Shown: positions 49,956 through 62,791 of the stretch, one piece after another | Numbering within the stretch: the stretch's first letter is position 1 | How the letters are laid out: every line of letters begins with the position of its first letter | Assembly (NCBI GenBank): GCA_013265495.1 | Contig: MU058844.1 | Span: 7,501,260-7,565,259 of the forward strand | Reading direction: 5' to 3' | DNA from: Vicugna vicugna | Lineage: Eukaryota | Length of the DNA: 64,000 bases | Program-made: the position numbers and the translations under genes | The notes under the pieces: model-generated | Databases searched by the model: none | Told to the model about the DNA's origin: nothing | Seen by the model: only the letters and a program-made list of their open reading frames with translations

Positions 49956-52900
49956 CATGTTTGTTATTTGACAGCAGAAAGGTGAGCAGGCTCGTATGTG
50001 GTATGTTTACTGTACTTAGCAGTCATTTGCTAAAATTTAAGCAAATTATGGTGTTCCTACAATGCAGGAAATTAGCAAATTAACTTAAAATGAACTGTGC
50101 CAATGGCTGCGTATTCTATTTCTTCACTCAAGGTATGAGCTTGAATAAATCTATCTCCTGGAAGGAGCTTCAAGAAGGCTGAGAGATTTCCTAATAATTT
50201 TTTTTATTATTATTAAAAGATTTATAAATCTGATCACCTAATGCCTGGTGGGGGGGGAAGTAGACCCAGGAGGAGGCTCCTATACTAAAGGTCTACGACC
50301 TTGTACTTAAGAAAAATACCTCTAGCCTTGCCTGTGGCCAAGCAGCTGAAAGGAAGAGAAAGGACTGAGCAGGGCAGCAGGGAGGTGTCAGGGGAATGCT
50401 TTGTCTAAAATTTACTGCATACTGGTCTACATTTAAAACAGTAATAAACGTCCTTTCTGACCTGAAATCAGCTCATTTTCCAGGCAAAAATTTCACAGAA
50501 AATGGTGGCCCAAAATTAGTGAGACTTGCTGGAGCCTTCTTGCCGTGAGAACAAGCTCTGATTATTCTCTAGGCACATAAGGTCTATTTGGACATTCAAC
50601 TGAAAAATGAATTCCAGGGTATTTGTTTTTTTTTTTTTCTAATTGCATAATCAAGATCAGTCTTCTAACTCTTTCTTCTATATCTCACCCTCACTTTATC
50701 CTAGTGTCTTACTTCCTCTCCTCCTGTCTCACAAGTATTATTTTAGCACCTACTATGTGTCCAGAAATTGGGAGTACAGTAGAAAACAACACATGTTCCC
50801 TTTTCTTGTGGAGTGTACACTCTTTCCTATGAACCTCCACAGCCTACTGACATATTCACGGGTTGCAGCATTAGAGTCAGCCCAGTTGTTTGATAATTTC
50901 ACTGATACTGAGGTTGGTCCTTGTCCTTGTTACACTGAGAGGGCAAAGGAAGGATCTGGGAGACTACTGAATTCCTACATAGTGTTCTGTGTCATTTTTC
51001 TGTTTCTATAAAAGAAAAAAATAGCCCCAGTGGGTAGTGAGCAAGAGTGTGACAGGGACATGTCAATGACTGTGTAAGGGGGAAGGAGGTGTCTCTAAGA
51101 ATAAGTTGGCAAGAAAGCCAGAGTCCTCTCCAGACGTGACTGAGATTGTCAACGTTGCCTTGAGTTTTCTACTAGCATTTCTACCTCACTCATGTTTCTA
51201 TCCTGTTTTTTTCCCTAATTTATGATTTTGGGAATCCATTTGTTATAATGAGTTAGGAATTCACACATTGATCATTTTCTAATGAAAATGTTACAGTTGC
51301 AGATTGGACTGAAACTGGCCCATTGACTTTGCATAGAGAATCAATACAGTGCCCCTGGTAAATATTTTGAGATGCGTGAAATCACATAGGCAAGTGATAA
51401 AAACAGGCCAAAGGTGTAAAGAAGAGGCAAGAACTCTCAGTGGCTTCTCTTTATAGCAGGTGTAGTGAAAACCGAAAACCACTTAAGATGGAAAATACTG
51501 GTTTGGCCCATAAGAATGCCTTTATATTAGAAGAATTGACCAGATGTTTTGATACTTTCGATTGGTATGCAATTTATAGACTGTATTAGGTCAAAAGTAA
51601 CATTGGAGTTAGCAAGCATTATTATCCAAATGACAGGGGTGATATATATCATATATACTTTTTTGGTGTAAATGAGATGAATAAAATATTTGCATCTCAG
51701 TTCTTTCTATAGCCTTATAATCATTTTAAATCTTGAAAATGTGTGTGTGTGTATATATATATATCACTCTTTTTCTCATTGGCCACATGAACTTGCTGAA
51801 ATTTAAGTTCATCATATCAATAAAAATCTTTACTTGCTTATTAATCTTGTTACCAGTCTAAATTCTCTTTTTCTTCCTAGAATGGAAGAATTTAGCCATT
51901 TCTAAAAATATAAGAGACTAATAGAATGGGAATTTGCTATGGTATATCTGACAGGTCCAGATAAAGTTTTTATTCAAATTCAGTGTATTTTGTCAATGCA
52001 TAGTATTAAGGAGGGAAACCACTTTTCTCCTCCACTCGGATTCACAAGTGAAAGGACTTTCTGGCTTAAAGCAATACTTGGCCCCTTTCCCCATTATTCA
52101 CATGCTCATCTCCATAGACAAAAGATGAATTCTCTGCTAAATTTTGTAGAGGGGATTATACACATTCAATTCATCTTCGCTTCCCATTACTGTTGTGCCA
52201 ACCTCAAAAATGACAAATTTTTGTACCTTCAGTATGAAGTTTTCCAGGGGAAGCTTTGAAATTTTCAGATCTATTCAAGTATGTTTAATAATAACTTGAA
52301 GTATTAGCAAGCCCTCTATGCTGCAGATTTAAAGCGAATTCTCTAAGCAGCCTTTCTGTCCTAAAAGCTGACATTTTTATCTCAATGTCTTTGATGCTTA
52401 TGTTTTATATAACAATTAATTCCCAACCCAAGAGGATAAGAAAGAGATGTTATTTATTCAAACTTTAAAACCCCAACACAAAGAAACAGATTTCAGTTTT
52501 AATTTTCATTTACAATAGTATGGTACATATTCACCTAATGCACATGTGGAAACACTAAAGTGTACATGTGTGTACACACTCTGGCATCCACACACTTAGA
52601 AATACACATAAAAGCTTTCTATGAAATATTTTTTCCATATTGAGGCAACTTTTAGGTGAATGATAAGTTATGTCTCTATTCTGATTGAAATTTAATTTCC
52701 ACAGATTCAGTTATATATATAACTTAAAGGTAACTTTATTTTTCTACTGCATGACATGTTTGAAATATTTTCTGATATTTTCCTAGCAAAGACTGTGTAT
52801 TTAAATTGCACTTAGGTTAAGAAGATGAGATAAAAGAACTAAGATGAAAATATACTTAAGAAGAACTTAAAAGAGAAAATTGATTCTTCAGTATAATCTT

Positions 52901-53379
52901 TATCCTTCATAAACTATTTGAACTAAATTTACTTAAATTATTTTACTTAACCTAATTAATATCTATGTCTAGGTTTCAAGAGATAACATATTAAATCTGT
53001 TTATATTAATTCACAAATATTTTTCAAAGATAAATCTGGGTTTACATAAGGCAATTGTTTTGAAATTATTACACCTTAAAGACACACATTCTTAATTCTC
53101 CCTCACATTTTTTCTCCCATTGGGTTCAGCTTATTAGTACTTAGAAGCTGACGAGTTGTTGGAATTTATCAATTCATTGTCCAATAGAACACTTTTAGAC
53201 TTAAAGAATGGCAAAAAATATATTAATAGGTTAAGCTGGAAACAAACACAAATATAGAGGCTTCTTTATAATAAATAAAACAGACGTTTCAGGCTTTAAG
53301 TTATTTTTAGCAGCATTTAACTTACTACATGGTCTCTCTCATTTTAGATTCCTTTTCACCTACAGTGGTGGAATTATAC

Positions 53380-53870
53380 TGGTTTTCTTTCTACATCTCT
53401 GCTGTCTCCTAGGTTAACTACTTTGTAGGCTCATTCTCTGGTACCAGGTCATTAGAGCTGGAGTTCCTGGAAGGTCAGTCCTCAGCCTCCGTTTTCCTCA
53501 CTGTACATTCCTTGTCTTCACCACGTGCACATATTCCTTATGAGCTTCTTTAACTGAGGAAATCTGCTTTGGATTTTCAGCCCTAATCTTTCCTCTCAGC
53601 ATGGATGGATGTTGCCACCCCTTACTTGGCTTTACTTTCCAGCTGTTTAAAGTCACCTCACACCTCATTCTCTTCCAGTTTTCTCCAAGGTGTCCCCACT
53701 ATTCCTCTAGTTTCACATGTCAGAAAGTAAGGCGTCATCACTGACAACTTCCTCTTCCTTATTCTCCATATCCAATCCTTCATCATGTCTCATCAAATGT
53801 CTTTCATATGTCTTTCATCCATTCACTTTTTCCTTGTGACCATTCTAGTCCAAATTACCCTTATTTCAGA
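53380..53870 (+). mobile_element. L2 LINE fragment
   Basis: GCTGGAGTTCCTGGAAGGTCAGTCCTCAGCCTCC, TTCAGCCCTAATCTTTCCTCTCAGC, GCGTCATCACTGACAACTTCCTCTTCC..CCATATCCAATCC. Confidence 0.75.
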
Positions 53871-54289
53871 CATTACCAATGGTGATTTAATGTGGATATT
53901 AGTATTAATTATTAATACCAATTTTAAATATGTATAAGTTAATTTCAGTAAAATATAAAGAGAAAGCGATACAGGAAGCATTCAGTTTTGGTCATGTAAA
54001 ATCATATCATTAACATGATTTTAGTCAGACAACTGGGCAGTACTAACTGATTCATTTCTCAAGATTCAGGATTACTATTGACCATAAGTAACACTGAAAC
54101 CATTTATTGTTCTGGTGACTTCTTAAGCCAGTATCCTTAGATGGAGATCTTTTGGTACAGATGTACCACTAAAGACCTTAATTATTATATTTTATTTATT
54201 AGTATTAGTCTTTCGTCTGTATTTGTGGCATTCCTTGGAGGACTCTGGGACTTACAGTGTATTTCGGGAGCGATCATACAGGGGACATG

Positions 54290-54520
54290 CTAAGTAGTGG
54301 GGAAGAGCTTTGCATTTGAATTAGATCAGAATTTAAATCCTAACTTTGGTCACTTTTGTATAAACTTGCATGGCTTCTTCACTTGCTTGCCACCTCACTT
54401 TTCTCATCTGTAAAAGGGGAACAATAAAGCCTTCTCTTGGGTTATGAGGAATATTAGCTAAGTTACAATTCATAAAACACATTATGAAGTCTAAAGCATG
54501 GCTCATGTGTTCTTAAACAA
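54290..54520 (+). mobile_element. MIR SINE
   Basis: GTAGTGGGGAAGAGC..TTTAAATCCTAACTTTG..CCTCACTTTTCTCATCTGTAAAAGGGGA. Confidence 0.8.
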
Positions 54521-56377
54521 CACTAAAACTACATGTTATAGGAAATACTATTTTAACTTTCTTCCCATTGTACTACACAGAAAGATTAGAACCTAAGTTT
54601 TGTCTAAATAATAAGAATTTCATGAACAAAAGTTTTTGGCGTATGGTTGCTTCATTAACATATGCTTATTAACACTTGATATGATCCTTTTAATTCTTTG
54701 TGGGAGCTATTTAGTGCATAAATAGTAAACTAAACAGTTAGATAAAATCTTGCTCCTGTTTTTTGCATGATTCTTAATCTGTCATAGCTGTGTTATAAGT
54801 TACCCTGGAAAGTGTACCTCATATAACACATGCTTATCTGTATAACCCAATAGTAAGAGGCCAATTACGGAATTTTTTTGCTAAATTTTTTATCACCTGA
54901 ATTTTGAATCTGGAAATTTAAACCTGAAAAGACCAATTAAATATAATCTGCCTGTTCAGATGGAAAGTCCGTGCAGTTGTTCTGCTCATTTTTTCCAAAG
55001 TAGACAGTTTCGTGCCCAATTTTCTCCATTCAACATATTTTACACAAAGCATATGGAATAGCTTTTTTACATCTTCCATCAGGCATGTGGAGGTTGGTGA
55101 GAAAATAGATCATAAGAAAACATAAAAAAAAAAAAACCACATGAAATACATTCAAGATGTGTGAGGGAAACTAAATGCAGATTTTTCATGGCCTGGCATA
55201 TTTAGGAGTGAGAAAAGCGTTGGATTCAAAGCCTTGATCCTCATTGTTGCTTGAATTACTAAACATAAATAAACAGAAAAAGAAGTAGTTTTTTTTTGTA
55301 ATTTTCATGTTGCAAGAAAAAATAATTCAGTTAAGATTGGAATTAGGTTATTGATTATATATATATCTTTTAAGAGTGTAGTAAAATTTAAATTAAGCAA
55401 AAAAGTAAATCCATTTCCTCTGGAGCAACACATATATAATAATCACATATCATTTCAGATTAGAAATGAAAAACCGTATGGTCATTAATATCCACATGAA
55501 TAATAAAACTAGAAGAAAGCAGAGGAAATGCAGGGGAAACTTAAGTCTTTTTCATGGTCCTTTAGCATGGTGTCTAAACATGGTAAATAACATTAAATTG
55601 TACACTTTCCTAAAAATAAATAAGATACTGAACTCTTCATGGCTTCTTAAATTCAAAGTATTGTGCTGATAACTTTATACATGCTTCATCACTTGACTCA
55701 AAGCATAATTACATGGTGGTAAGGTACAATGAATAAAATTTCATTTTTTTTCCCACTTCAAGAAACTGAGGCTTAAAGATAGTAAGAATTATGTATGTGT
55801 AAGATCACACTTCTGTAAATCAGTAGACGTGGAGTTTTTCAGTCTTTAGATTTGAAAGCTTAGTTTTAAAATCACTAAAATATACTACTTTTTATAGAAG
55901 AGTATATTAATAATCCAACAGAAGATCTTATTACATCTTGTTACTTTCTCACACAGTGACTTATCTGTAATTACACATATATCATCTCATTTTAGTTGTA
56001 AAATGATCTGTAACTATCTCGTATGTGTTTTATAGATCATGCAGCTTAGGATTTGAGAAGTTAGGTTTATTTCAGATCAAAAGAGAGAGTTAAGTAGCAG
56101 AATTGAAATCTAGGCTTAACCCACTGACTACCTATGTCTTAGAAGGGGTTATTATTCTAGTTGTATAGATATTCAGTTTATACTGATTCACATCTATGCT
56201 TTTGTGTGTTTATTCCTTTGAGCATGCCATGCATTTATAAGATTACTAGGTGAGATTCTTTTTCCCTTATTTCAACAGAAATATGTACACTTCCTGCTAC
56301 TTGCCAGATATATATTGCTATGGATATAATTTTTTTTAAAAGACTGAACCTAGCCTTTAAAGACCTTAAAGCAATAA

Positions 56378-56416
56378 AATAATAATAATAATAACAACAA
56401 CAACAACAGCAACAAC
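56378..56416. repeat. (AAT)5(AAC)n compound microsatellite
   Basis: Read directly. It lies in a decayed minus-strand L2. Confidence 0.9.
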
Positions 56417-57794
56417 CAACTGTAATGCAGTGGGGCCAGTATGTACCTCAGTAGTGAAAAAAATCTATTTGGGAAATACTGCAGGACTCATTCTGCCTTG
56501 CTTTGAAGCAGTCTGGGAAGAGATGGTACTGAAGCTCTGGGATAGAGTAAAGCTGATTAATTACTAATTTAGCCTAATAAATGTGTGTTCCTATACTTCG
56601 AGTTAATTAACTACAAGATTACTCAGCCAATAAATATGGTTTAGGCAGCTCTGAGAAATCTTGCAACTGGCTCTGCTGGCCTGTCGCTGCCCTTGAGGAG
56701 TTCACAATGAAGTCTAAGAAATGAGACACCACATTTCAAAAGAATGTTTGCTTCCTAAGGGCAGGGGGTTTTCTGCTGTATCCATGAGTGTATTCCAAGC
56801 TATTTATAAAACCTGGGCCCTAATAAGCAGTGAAACAATTACTGAGTAAATGGCTGAATGATTGAATGAGTGTGAAGGAAAATGTGGACTTCGACACCAG
56901 ATATACCTGGGTTGAAATCATCATGTCCTCCAACTGCTAACCTTTTCAATGCAGGGCTTTGGGGAATAAAAGGATCTAACTTGTATAGTAGTTCTGATTT
57001 AAAATAATGTATGTGAATTAGAGAGGTGTTTCTGTAGTTCTTCGTAAATGCTGCTCAGCAATGTCATGAGAAAACTGTAAACCTCAGTAGGTTGCAGAGA
57101 TGGTAAAGTGCTGAGTGAGCTGAAGATAGAGTGGATGAACTGAACTTGAGCTTCATAGACAGAACTTCATTTATGTTTCTGGTTCCAGAACTTCCAGCCT
57201 CTCCTTCAAGCACGTTGTTTGACTTTCCTATAAAGCTTAGATAGTAATATTTACCTTATGGGGATTAAAAGCCTGGTGGTTGACTAACGTAGCAGGAATT
57301 TCATAAATGGCATCTAACTAGTGATTATTGTAGATTGGAACAGTCAAGGGACGTTTTACACGGGAGAAAAAGGATAAATTAAACAAAAGACAAAACAAAA
57401 AACAACAAAAAAACACAGGAAAGTACTCAAGTAGAGAGCGAAGGCACATGATAAATGTAGCATATTTGTATGGAAAAGTTAACATGTTTACTTTGCTTAA
57501 AAATTTACAGATGTGAGAAGCAGCAGTGATTTTGTACAGCAGAGTAGCTGGCTATTCTGCACCCATAGCTGATTTTGCTTAAAAATAAGAACCCATGCAT
57601 ATTAATTATTTCGTGATTAGCAGTCTTAATGTGTAATGTGTTTAATCCTTTTAAAGTTAAAGATATCATATATAATTATATTCCTATTATATATCTTTTG
57701 TGGATTAGAAGAATGAGAGTTTTAAAGAGGTTAAATAACTCGACCAAGGTCGTACATACATTGAGTGCATTTCCAGAAGGTGTTTACCTACCAG

Positions 57795-57995
57795 CTTGGT
57801 ATTTCTCCAAGTGTGGGTTTTGGGTACACTTGCATTAGTACCTGTGGTGTAGGTAAAAACATGTATTTCTGGGCTTCATCCCAGATAGACTAAAGTAGCT
57901 TGGTGTGGGCCAGAGATCTGTATTTTTAACAAACAATCTAGGATAATCATATATATACCATATATATGTCGTATACAATAATTTGAAAACCACTC
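57795..57995. mobile_element. MER5A-like hAT-Charlie element
   Basis: TTTCTCCAAGTGTGG..TTCTGGGCTTCATCCCAGA..GTGGGCCAGAGATCTGTATTTTTAACAAAC..TTTGAAAACCACT. Confidence 0.75.
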
Positions 57996-58121
57996 CATTA
58001 TCTACAAGAATCAAATGCTAGCTCGGTTTTTAACATGATTATTTTTTAACTAGGATGCCTTCAGTTTCCTCATCTACAAAGTAGAGAAAATAAAATATCC
58101 TGTAATGAAAAAAATAGAAAA

Positions 58122-58188
58122 GAATCACTATGCCATACACCAGAAATTAACACAACATTGTAAATCGACTATACTTCAATTAAAAATA
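58122..58188 (+). mobile_element. Very short young L1 3' terminus inserted in a MIR
   Basis: GAATCACTATGCCATACACCAGAAATTAACACAACATTGTAAATCGACTATACTTCAATTAAAAATAA is an artiodactyl/camelid-type L1 3' end. MIR core CAGTTTCCTCATCTACAAA lies upstream and MIR 3' text downstream. Confidence 0.85.
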
Positions 58189-58384
58189 AGAAGTTTGTTT
58201 CATACAATTGTTTTAGCACTAAAATAAATACACTTGTACAAAGCCCTCAGAACAGAGTCTGGTAATTTTTAATTTTCAATAAAGTTAGCTACCACTATTA
58301 TTTGTCATTTCCTTCAAGAGTTCCTTGAGCTACAATGGGCCTCAGAGACCAGTTAATTCATTTTAATCATTACTCTCTTCACAT

Positions 58385-58630
58385 TCATTTTCTCAGACTG
58401 AAGAGTCCTAATCTTCAGATTTTTCACGGAGGCATTCCATCATCGTGGCTATTTAAATTACATCTTCCTGAGCTTTTTCCATCTACATTAAATCTTTCAT
58501 TTCACTAGCAGTCACACTACAGGATATTGCAGATGGGGCCACGCAGTCGTTTCACAGTAGGATAAGCTTCTGTTTTCTGTTAGTTCCCTGCCCTTCCTGA
58601 TGCTGCCCAACCTCTTTTAGTCTTTCTGTG
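58385..58630 (-). mobile_element. CR1/L3 LINE fragment (CR1_Mam-like)
   Basis: CAGACTGAAGAGTCCTAATCTT..GTAGGATAAG..TTCTGTTTT..CCCTTCCTGATGCTGCCCAAC matches the recalled antisense CR1 3' RT region. Confidence 0.7.
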
Positions 58631-58870
58631 CACATGAAGGGGGAAAATAGCTAAGTCAGTCAGTTTCCTTTTCCGGGATTGGAGCTAAGAGCTCAGAACC
58701 CATCATCTAAAAAAACAGTGCTTACATGTGTTTTCTTGAAATGCGTTATCCTAATTAAAATACTAACACTTTGTATTCTCACAGTGCTTTATGATTCAGA
58801 AAATCCATTTGATTAGAAGCCATAAAGGTACCATCTCATTATATATTTTTATTGTTCTGTAACATTTCTT

Positions 58871-59170
58871 TATCTTTTTTAATTAATTGACTTTATTTTT
58901 TAGAGCAGTTTGAGGTTCACAGCAGAACTGAGCAGAAAATAGTCAGTACACAGCCCTCCCCACCCACACATGTGTACTCCCCTACCCTCATCATCCCTCA
59001 TCAGTGTGGCATATTTGGTACAATCAATGAACCAACATGGACACATTATCAACCAAAGTCCATAGTTTACATTAGGGTTCACTCTTGATGTTGTACATTC
59101 TGTGGGTTTTAACAAATGCGTAATGGCATGTAGCCACCACTATAGTAACATACAGAATAATTTCATTCTA
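58871..59170 (-). mobile_element. L1MC1/2-type 3' end, 5'-truncated, with TSD
   Basis: GACTTTATTTTTTAGAGCAGTTT..AATCAATGAACCAACA..CCAAAGTCCATAGTTTACATTAGGGTTCACTCTTG..GTTGTACATTCTGTGGGTTT. TSD TTCTGTAACATTTCTT (58855-58870) / TTCTATAGCATTTCTT (59171-59186). Confidence 0.9.
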
Positions 59171-59699
59171 TTCTATAGCATTTCTTAAACACGCATACAC
59201 ACCCACACAGCCATAAAGCCAAAACAAGTTATTTTTCACCCCTTATCCCAAATCTGTGCTGCAACCAGTGAGGTAGGATTTAGGGATGATTTCTGTAGGA
59301 TGTATATCCTGTGTGTAAGAAAGTAGAACTTTGGAAGTATTTTTGAATTATTAAGAATAAAAGCATATGTATCATCAATTAGTTTGGATTAAACCAAAAT
59401 CTCCTGATATCCAATTAATTTTTTAAAATCATGCTCAACTGAATCTTGGTGGAGCCACGGAGATTGCCCCTAGACAGCTCACCTCATGCAGGTGGGTAGA
59501 GCAGTGGAACTTGAGCAACCAATCCCTTCACCTCTTCACCAGAATAGCCCAATTTCAAGTGTTAATATCTAGCTTACAATTTTACTTGAAGAAAAGATGC
59601 TATGGTTAAAATAGAATTGAAAACTACCATAGATGGTAACAGACAATGGATTTTTTTTTAATCCCCATTCTCAGAAATCAGACAAACAAAAACATTAGT

Positions 59700-60013
59700 C
59701 TAGTTAACCGACAATGCTAAAATCTCAGGGCATTAAAACCATGCTATGTATTCAGCAGGCAACTGTGTTCCATTTTGGCCATGTTTAGAGGCCTTCTTAG
59801 AGCATCTCTGTTTACTCTGACAGAAAAAAAAAAGATAAATGGCAAAGTAGACACTACCTCCCAGGGGTGACACTGCTGAGTGCATCTGCTGTATTTTTTT
59901 CATCCAAGCAAACCACACAGTCATGCCTAACTTCAAGAGGTGTGTGAGTTTGCTCCTACTTTGTGCCTTGGAGGAAAACTGGAAATCTCAGCAAACATAA
60001 TAATGACCACCAC
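59700..60013 (-). mobile_element. Old MaLR LTR fragment (MLT1J/L-like)
   Basis: CCAAGCAAACCACACAGTCATGCCTAACTTCAAGAGG..TCCTACTTTGTGCCTTGGAGG..TAATGACCACCACA. Confidence 0.55.
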
Positions 60014-60739
60014 AGGAACCAACTTTATGTAAGAGAGTATGCAAATAAAACAGAAGATATAAATACCCACACAATTCTGTACCTCATGGATCTTAGAGGA
60101 ATAAGTAGATCTGTTGCTGCAGAATTTATAGGTAAATACGTGCATCTCATCCTAGTGTGGACATACGGAAGCAGAACCGGCCAGAACATAAAAAGTGAAA
60201 TCTTCTGAAAAATGTGACTTTAAAGATCACTGATTATATGTGTGCCATTGTAAAGTCTGTTAAACTTCTTCCCAATTTCCGTATTACAAACTGTAACTGA
60301 AGTTAATAGGACAAATACGACAATGTTTATAACAATGGTTTCAACTTTCAGAAGTAAAATACTTCTTACTTGTGCTCAGACTTTTTACAAAATATCAAGT
60401 AAAAGACAAATTTTTTAAAACAAATGCTTCATTAACTTTAAAAACCACATTCTTAGATTAACAGTTTGTATCTTATGCATATTTCCCCCCATATACTTTC
60501 TGTAAGCCTGTGATTTATTATTTATCAATTCCACAAATGTGAACCAAAGGAATACATCTTGATACCTAATCCATGAAGAGTTGTAAGAGTCATCATTCAT
60601 CAAAATTTCTTCCAACATTCTAGTTGCCAGTCTTGAGGCAACAAAGGGTGATATAATTGAGCATAATAGAAATTTTCTTACAAACACTCAGATGAACTTA
60701 TTGCAAAGTTTTAAGAAAGGGGGTCCTGGTCTTCTCAGA

Positions 60740-61350
60740 CAGTGGAGGAAAGGTCCTTCTGCTGGTGAGCAACATTCAGCAAAATTTGAAGGTTCAACTT
60801 TTTTTAGATTCATCTATGTTCTCAGTTTTTCTCAACCCAGTTTCACTCCTTCCAAAGCAATGCTCAAATCCTAACATAGAAAACATGGCAATGATGACTA
60901 TTTGAGTTCTGTTTTAATTCTATAGTCAGCCTAATTGGATTGTGGATCAGACTTTGAGCCATGCCTGCCCTATAGCTACAAACAAAACAAAACAAAAAAC
61001 TTATTTGAGGTCACAGTAGAAACGTGCTCTCATTCTCTGATTTCTTGAGATGAAAGTTTAAAAGTCTGAGCTTCTTAGTCTTTTTTAAAGGTCTTCATGA
61101 TTGTTAGAAGCAGCCAGCAAATATTTGGCATCTCAAAGTTTTCCCTTAAATTGGCATTTCATCTTACATAACTTAATTGATATTGTGTGATAATACAGAT
61201 AATCCCAGTGCATCTGCAAGCCATAGATAGCAGCATCACTTTTTCCTTTAGCAAAAAACTCTCCTGTGATCAGGCTCCAAGAGAAGAGCAATCCAATCCC
61301 AGAATCCCATGTTGAGAGTCTCTTTTGGAGAAACATTCTTGGTGCTCAGC
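60740..61350 (-). mobile_element. ERVL internal remnant (leader and gag start), decayed
   Basis: GCCCTATAGCTACA, GTTAGAAGCAGCCA and CCAATCCCAGAATCCCATGTTGAGAGTCTC..CATTCTTGGTGCTCA, the antisense ERVL gag start and PBS region. Confidence 0.7.
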
Positions 61351-61815
61351 CTCTAATAATAGTAAGGGTCTAATTAGCAAAACAGCCCATCCTAGATAGT
61401 TCAACAGAGTGAATTAATTACAAAGGGATAGAAGTTCTGGAAAACCAAACAAAGGATGGTGAGGCAACCAGAAATTACTAACAGCAGAAGGCCATCATCA
61501 CCTCTGGATGTGGAGAGAGCAAAGAGGAAGATGGTGTGACCAGAGTCAGGTCCAGTCAGCTGAACTTGGAACTGTGGTAGAGGCTGCCTGACCAGAGCTG
61601 GGAAAATAGAGTCAAAGCAGAAAGTGCTGGTCATTTCCCTTCCTCAGATCCTCTAAACTCCTTATTGTGTTTTTACTGGCTGACCCAACTAGAATCCTCT
61701 TGATGAATGATCCTTGGAAAGACAATTTGAAGGATTCAGTGCCTGTCAATGCAAATTAGATTGCGAGAAATTCAGGAAATGGACTGAGAGCAAATGGGGG
61801 AAGTGTGACAAGCAC
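61351..61815 (-). mobile_element. ERVL LTR (LTR41-like)
   Basis: GGATGGTGAGGCAACCAGAAATTACTAACAGCAGAAGGCCATCATCACC..GTAGAGGCTGCCTGACCAGAGCTG..CTGAGAGCAAA..GCACA terminus. Confidence 0.75.
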
Positions 61816-62299
61816 ACTCATGGTCACTTTTCAAAGATTACAGGGTGGTGAGGTATTTGAGTTTGTAAGAGTGTCAAAATCTTTTATAATGTAATTTTTT
61901 AAAAATCATCTCATTCTGGAGGAAAGACTGCCTCACAACTTTCCTTGGTAATTAGTTACATAGTCGAATCTTGGCTCCTTGAATCAGGAGGTTCTTTCTT
62001 TCATTTCTGATCTCTGACCATTTGAAACCAGTATTTATTACTTTTGTCAGTTAAGAAAAATGATTATGAAACACAACCATGTTCATTCTTACCATTTTAT
62101 TTTTATCTTACTGTAGGTGCAGTAGTATTTTGCATGCTTATCTGATGTATGTGCCGTATCTTAAAATAATCAACAAATATTCCGGAGGCTCTTATTTCCT
62201 AATGCTTTTCCTGTACTATTTCTGATTTCCTATTCTGATTCTAAATTACATTATCTGCCTTTATGAAGGAGACATCACAGGCGTGAAATTGTTCAAACG

Positions 62300-62790
62300 G
62301 TAGTTCCAGCTGGTTTGGCAACTTTGAAGCGCAGCATAGCAGACTGACTAGAGCTCAACGTAAGCATGCCCCGCGACCAGCAATCCCACTCCTTGACAAT
62401 GCTCATTAAAAGACTCGAGAAAGAAAGTTTGTAACAGCGTGATCCGTAGTAGCTCAAAATTAGAAACTGTCCAGATGCCCGTTAGTGATAAAATAGATTA
62501 GCAAGTTGATTTATCAACACAATTTATTATTATACAACAGTCTGAATGAATTATCTGCAACTACACAGGTCATTACGGGTGAAGCTAGTTGAAAGAAGCT
62601 AAACATGAAAGAGCACATGATACAGCATCCCATTACTATAAAATACAAGAGGAAAGGGTTGAATCTATGGAAAAAGAAATCAGCACAGATTTGCCTTGGT
62701 GGTACAGAGGTAGTGGCCAGAAGGGAACCCAACAGGGGCTTCTGTGGTGCTGGCAGTTTTGTGTGTGTGTGGAAATGTTACCAAACACAC
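62300..62790 (+). mobile_element. Old L1ME-type ORF2 end/3'UTR
   Basis: GACCAGCAATCCCACTCCT, AATTAGAAACTGTCCAGATGCCC, GAAAGAAGCTAAACA, AGGGGCTTCTGTGGTGCTGGCA. Resumes briefly after the MLT1A. Confidence 0.75.
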
Positions 62791-62791
62791 A

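Noticed and set aside
60415..60874. Adjacent open frames on both strands (90 aa minus, ~95 codons plus)
   Set aside because: No recognisable domain or splice framework. The plus frame runs into antisense ERVL sequence.
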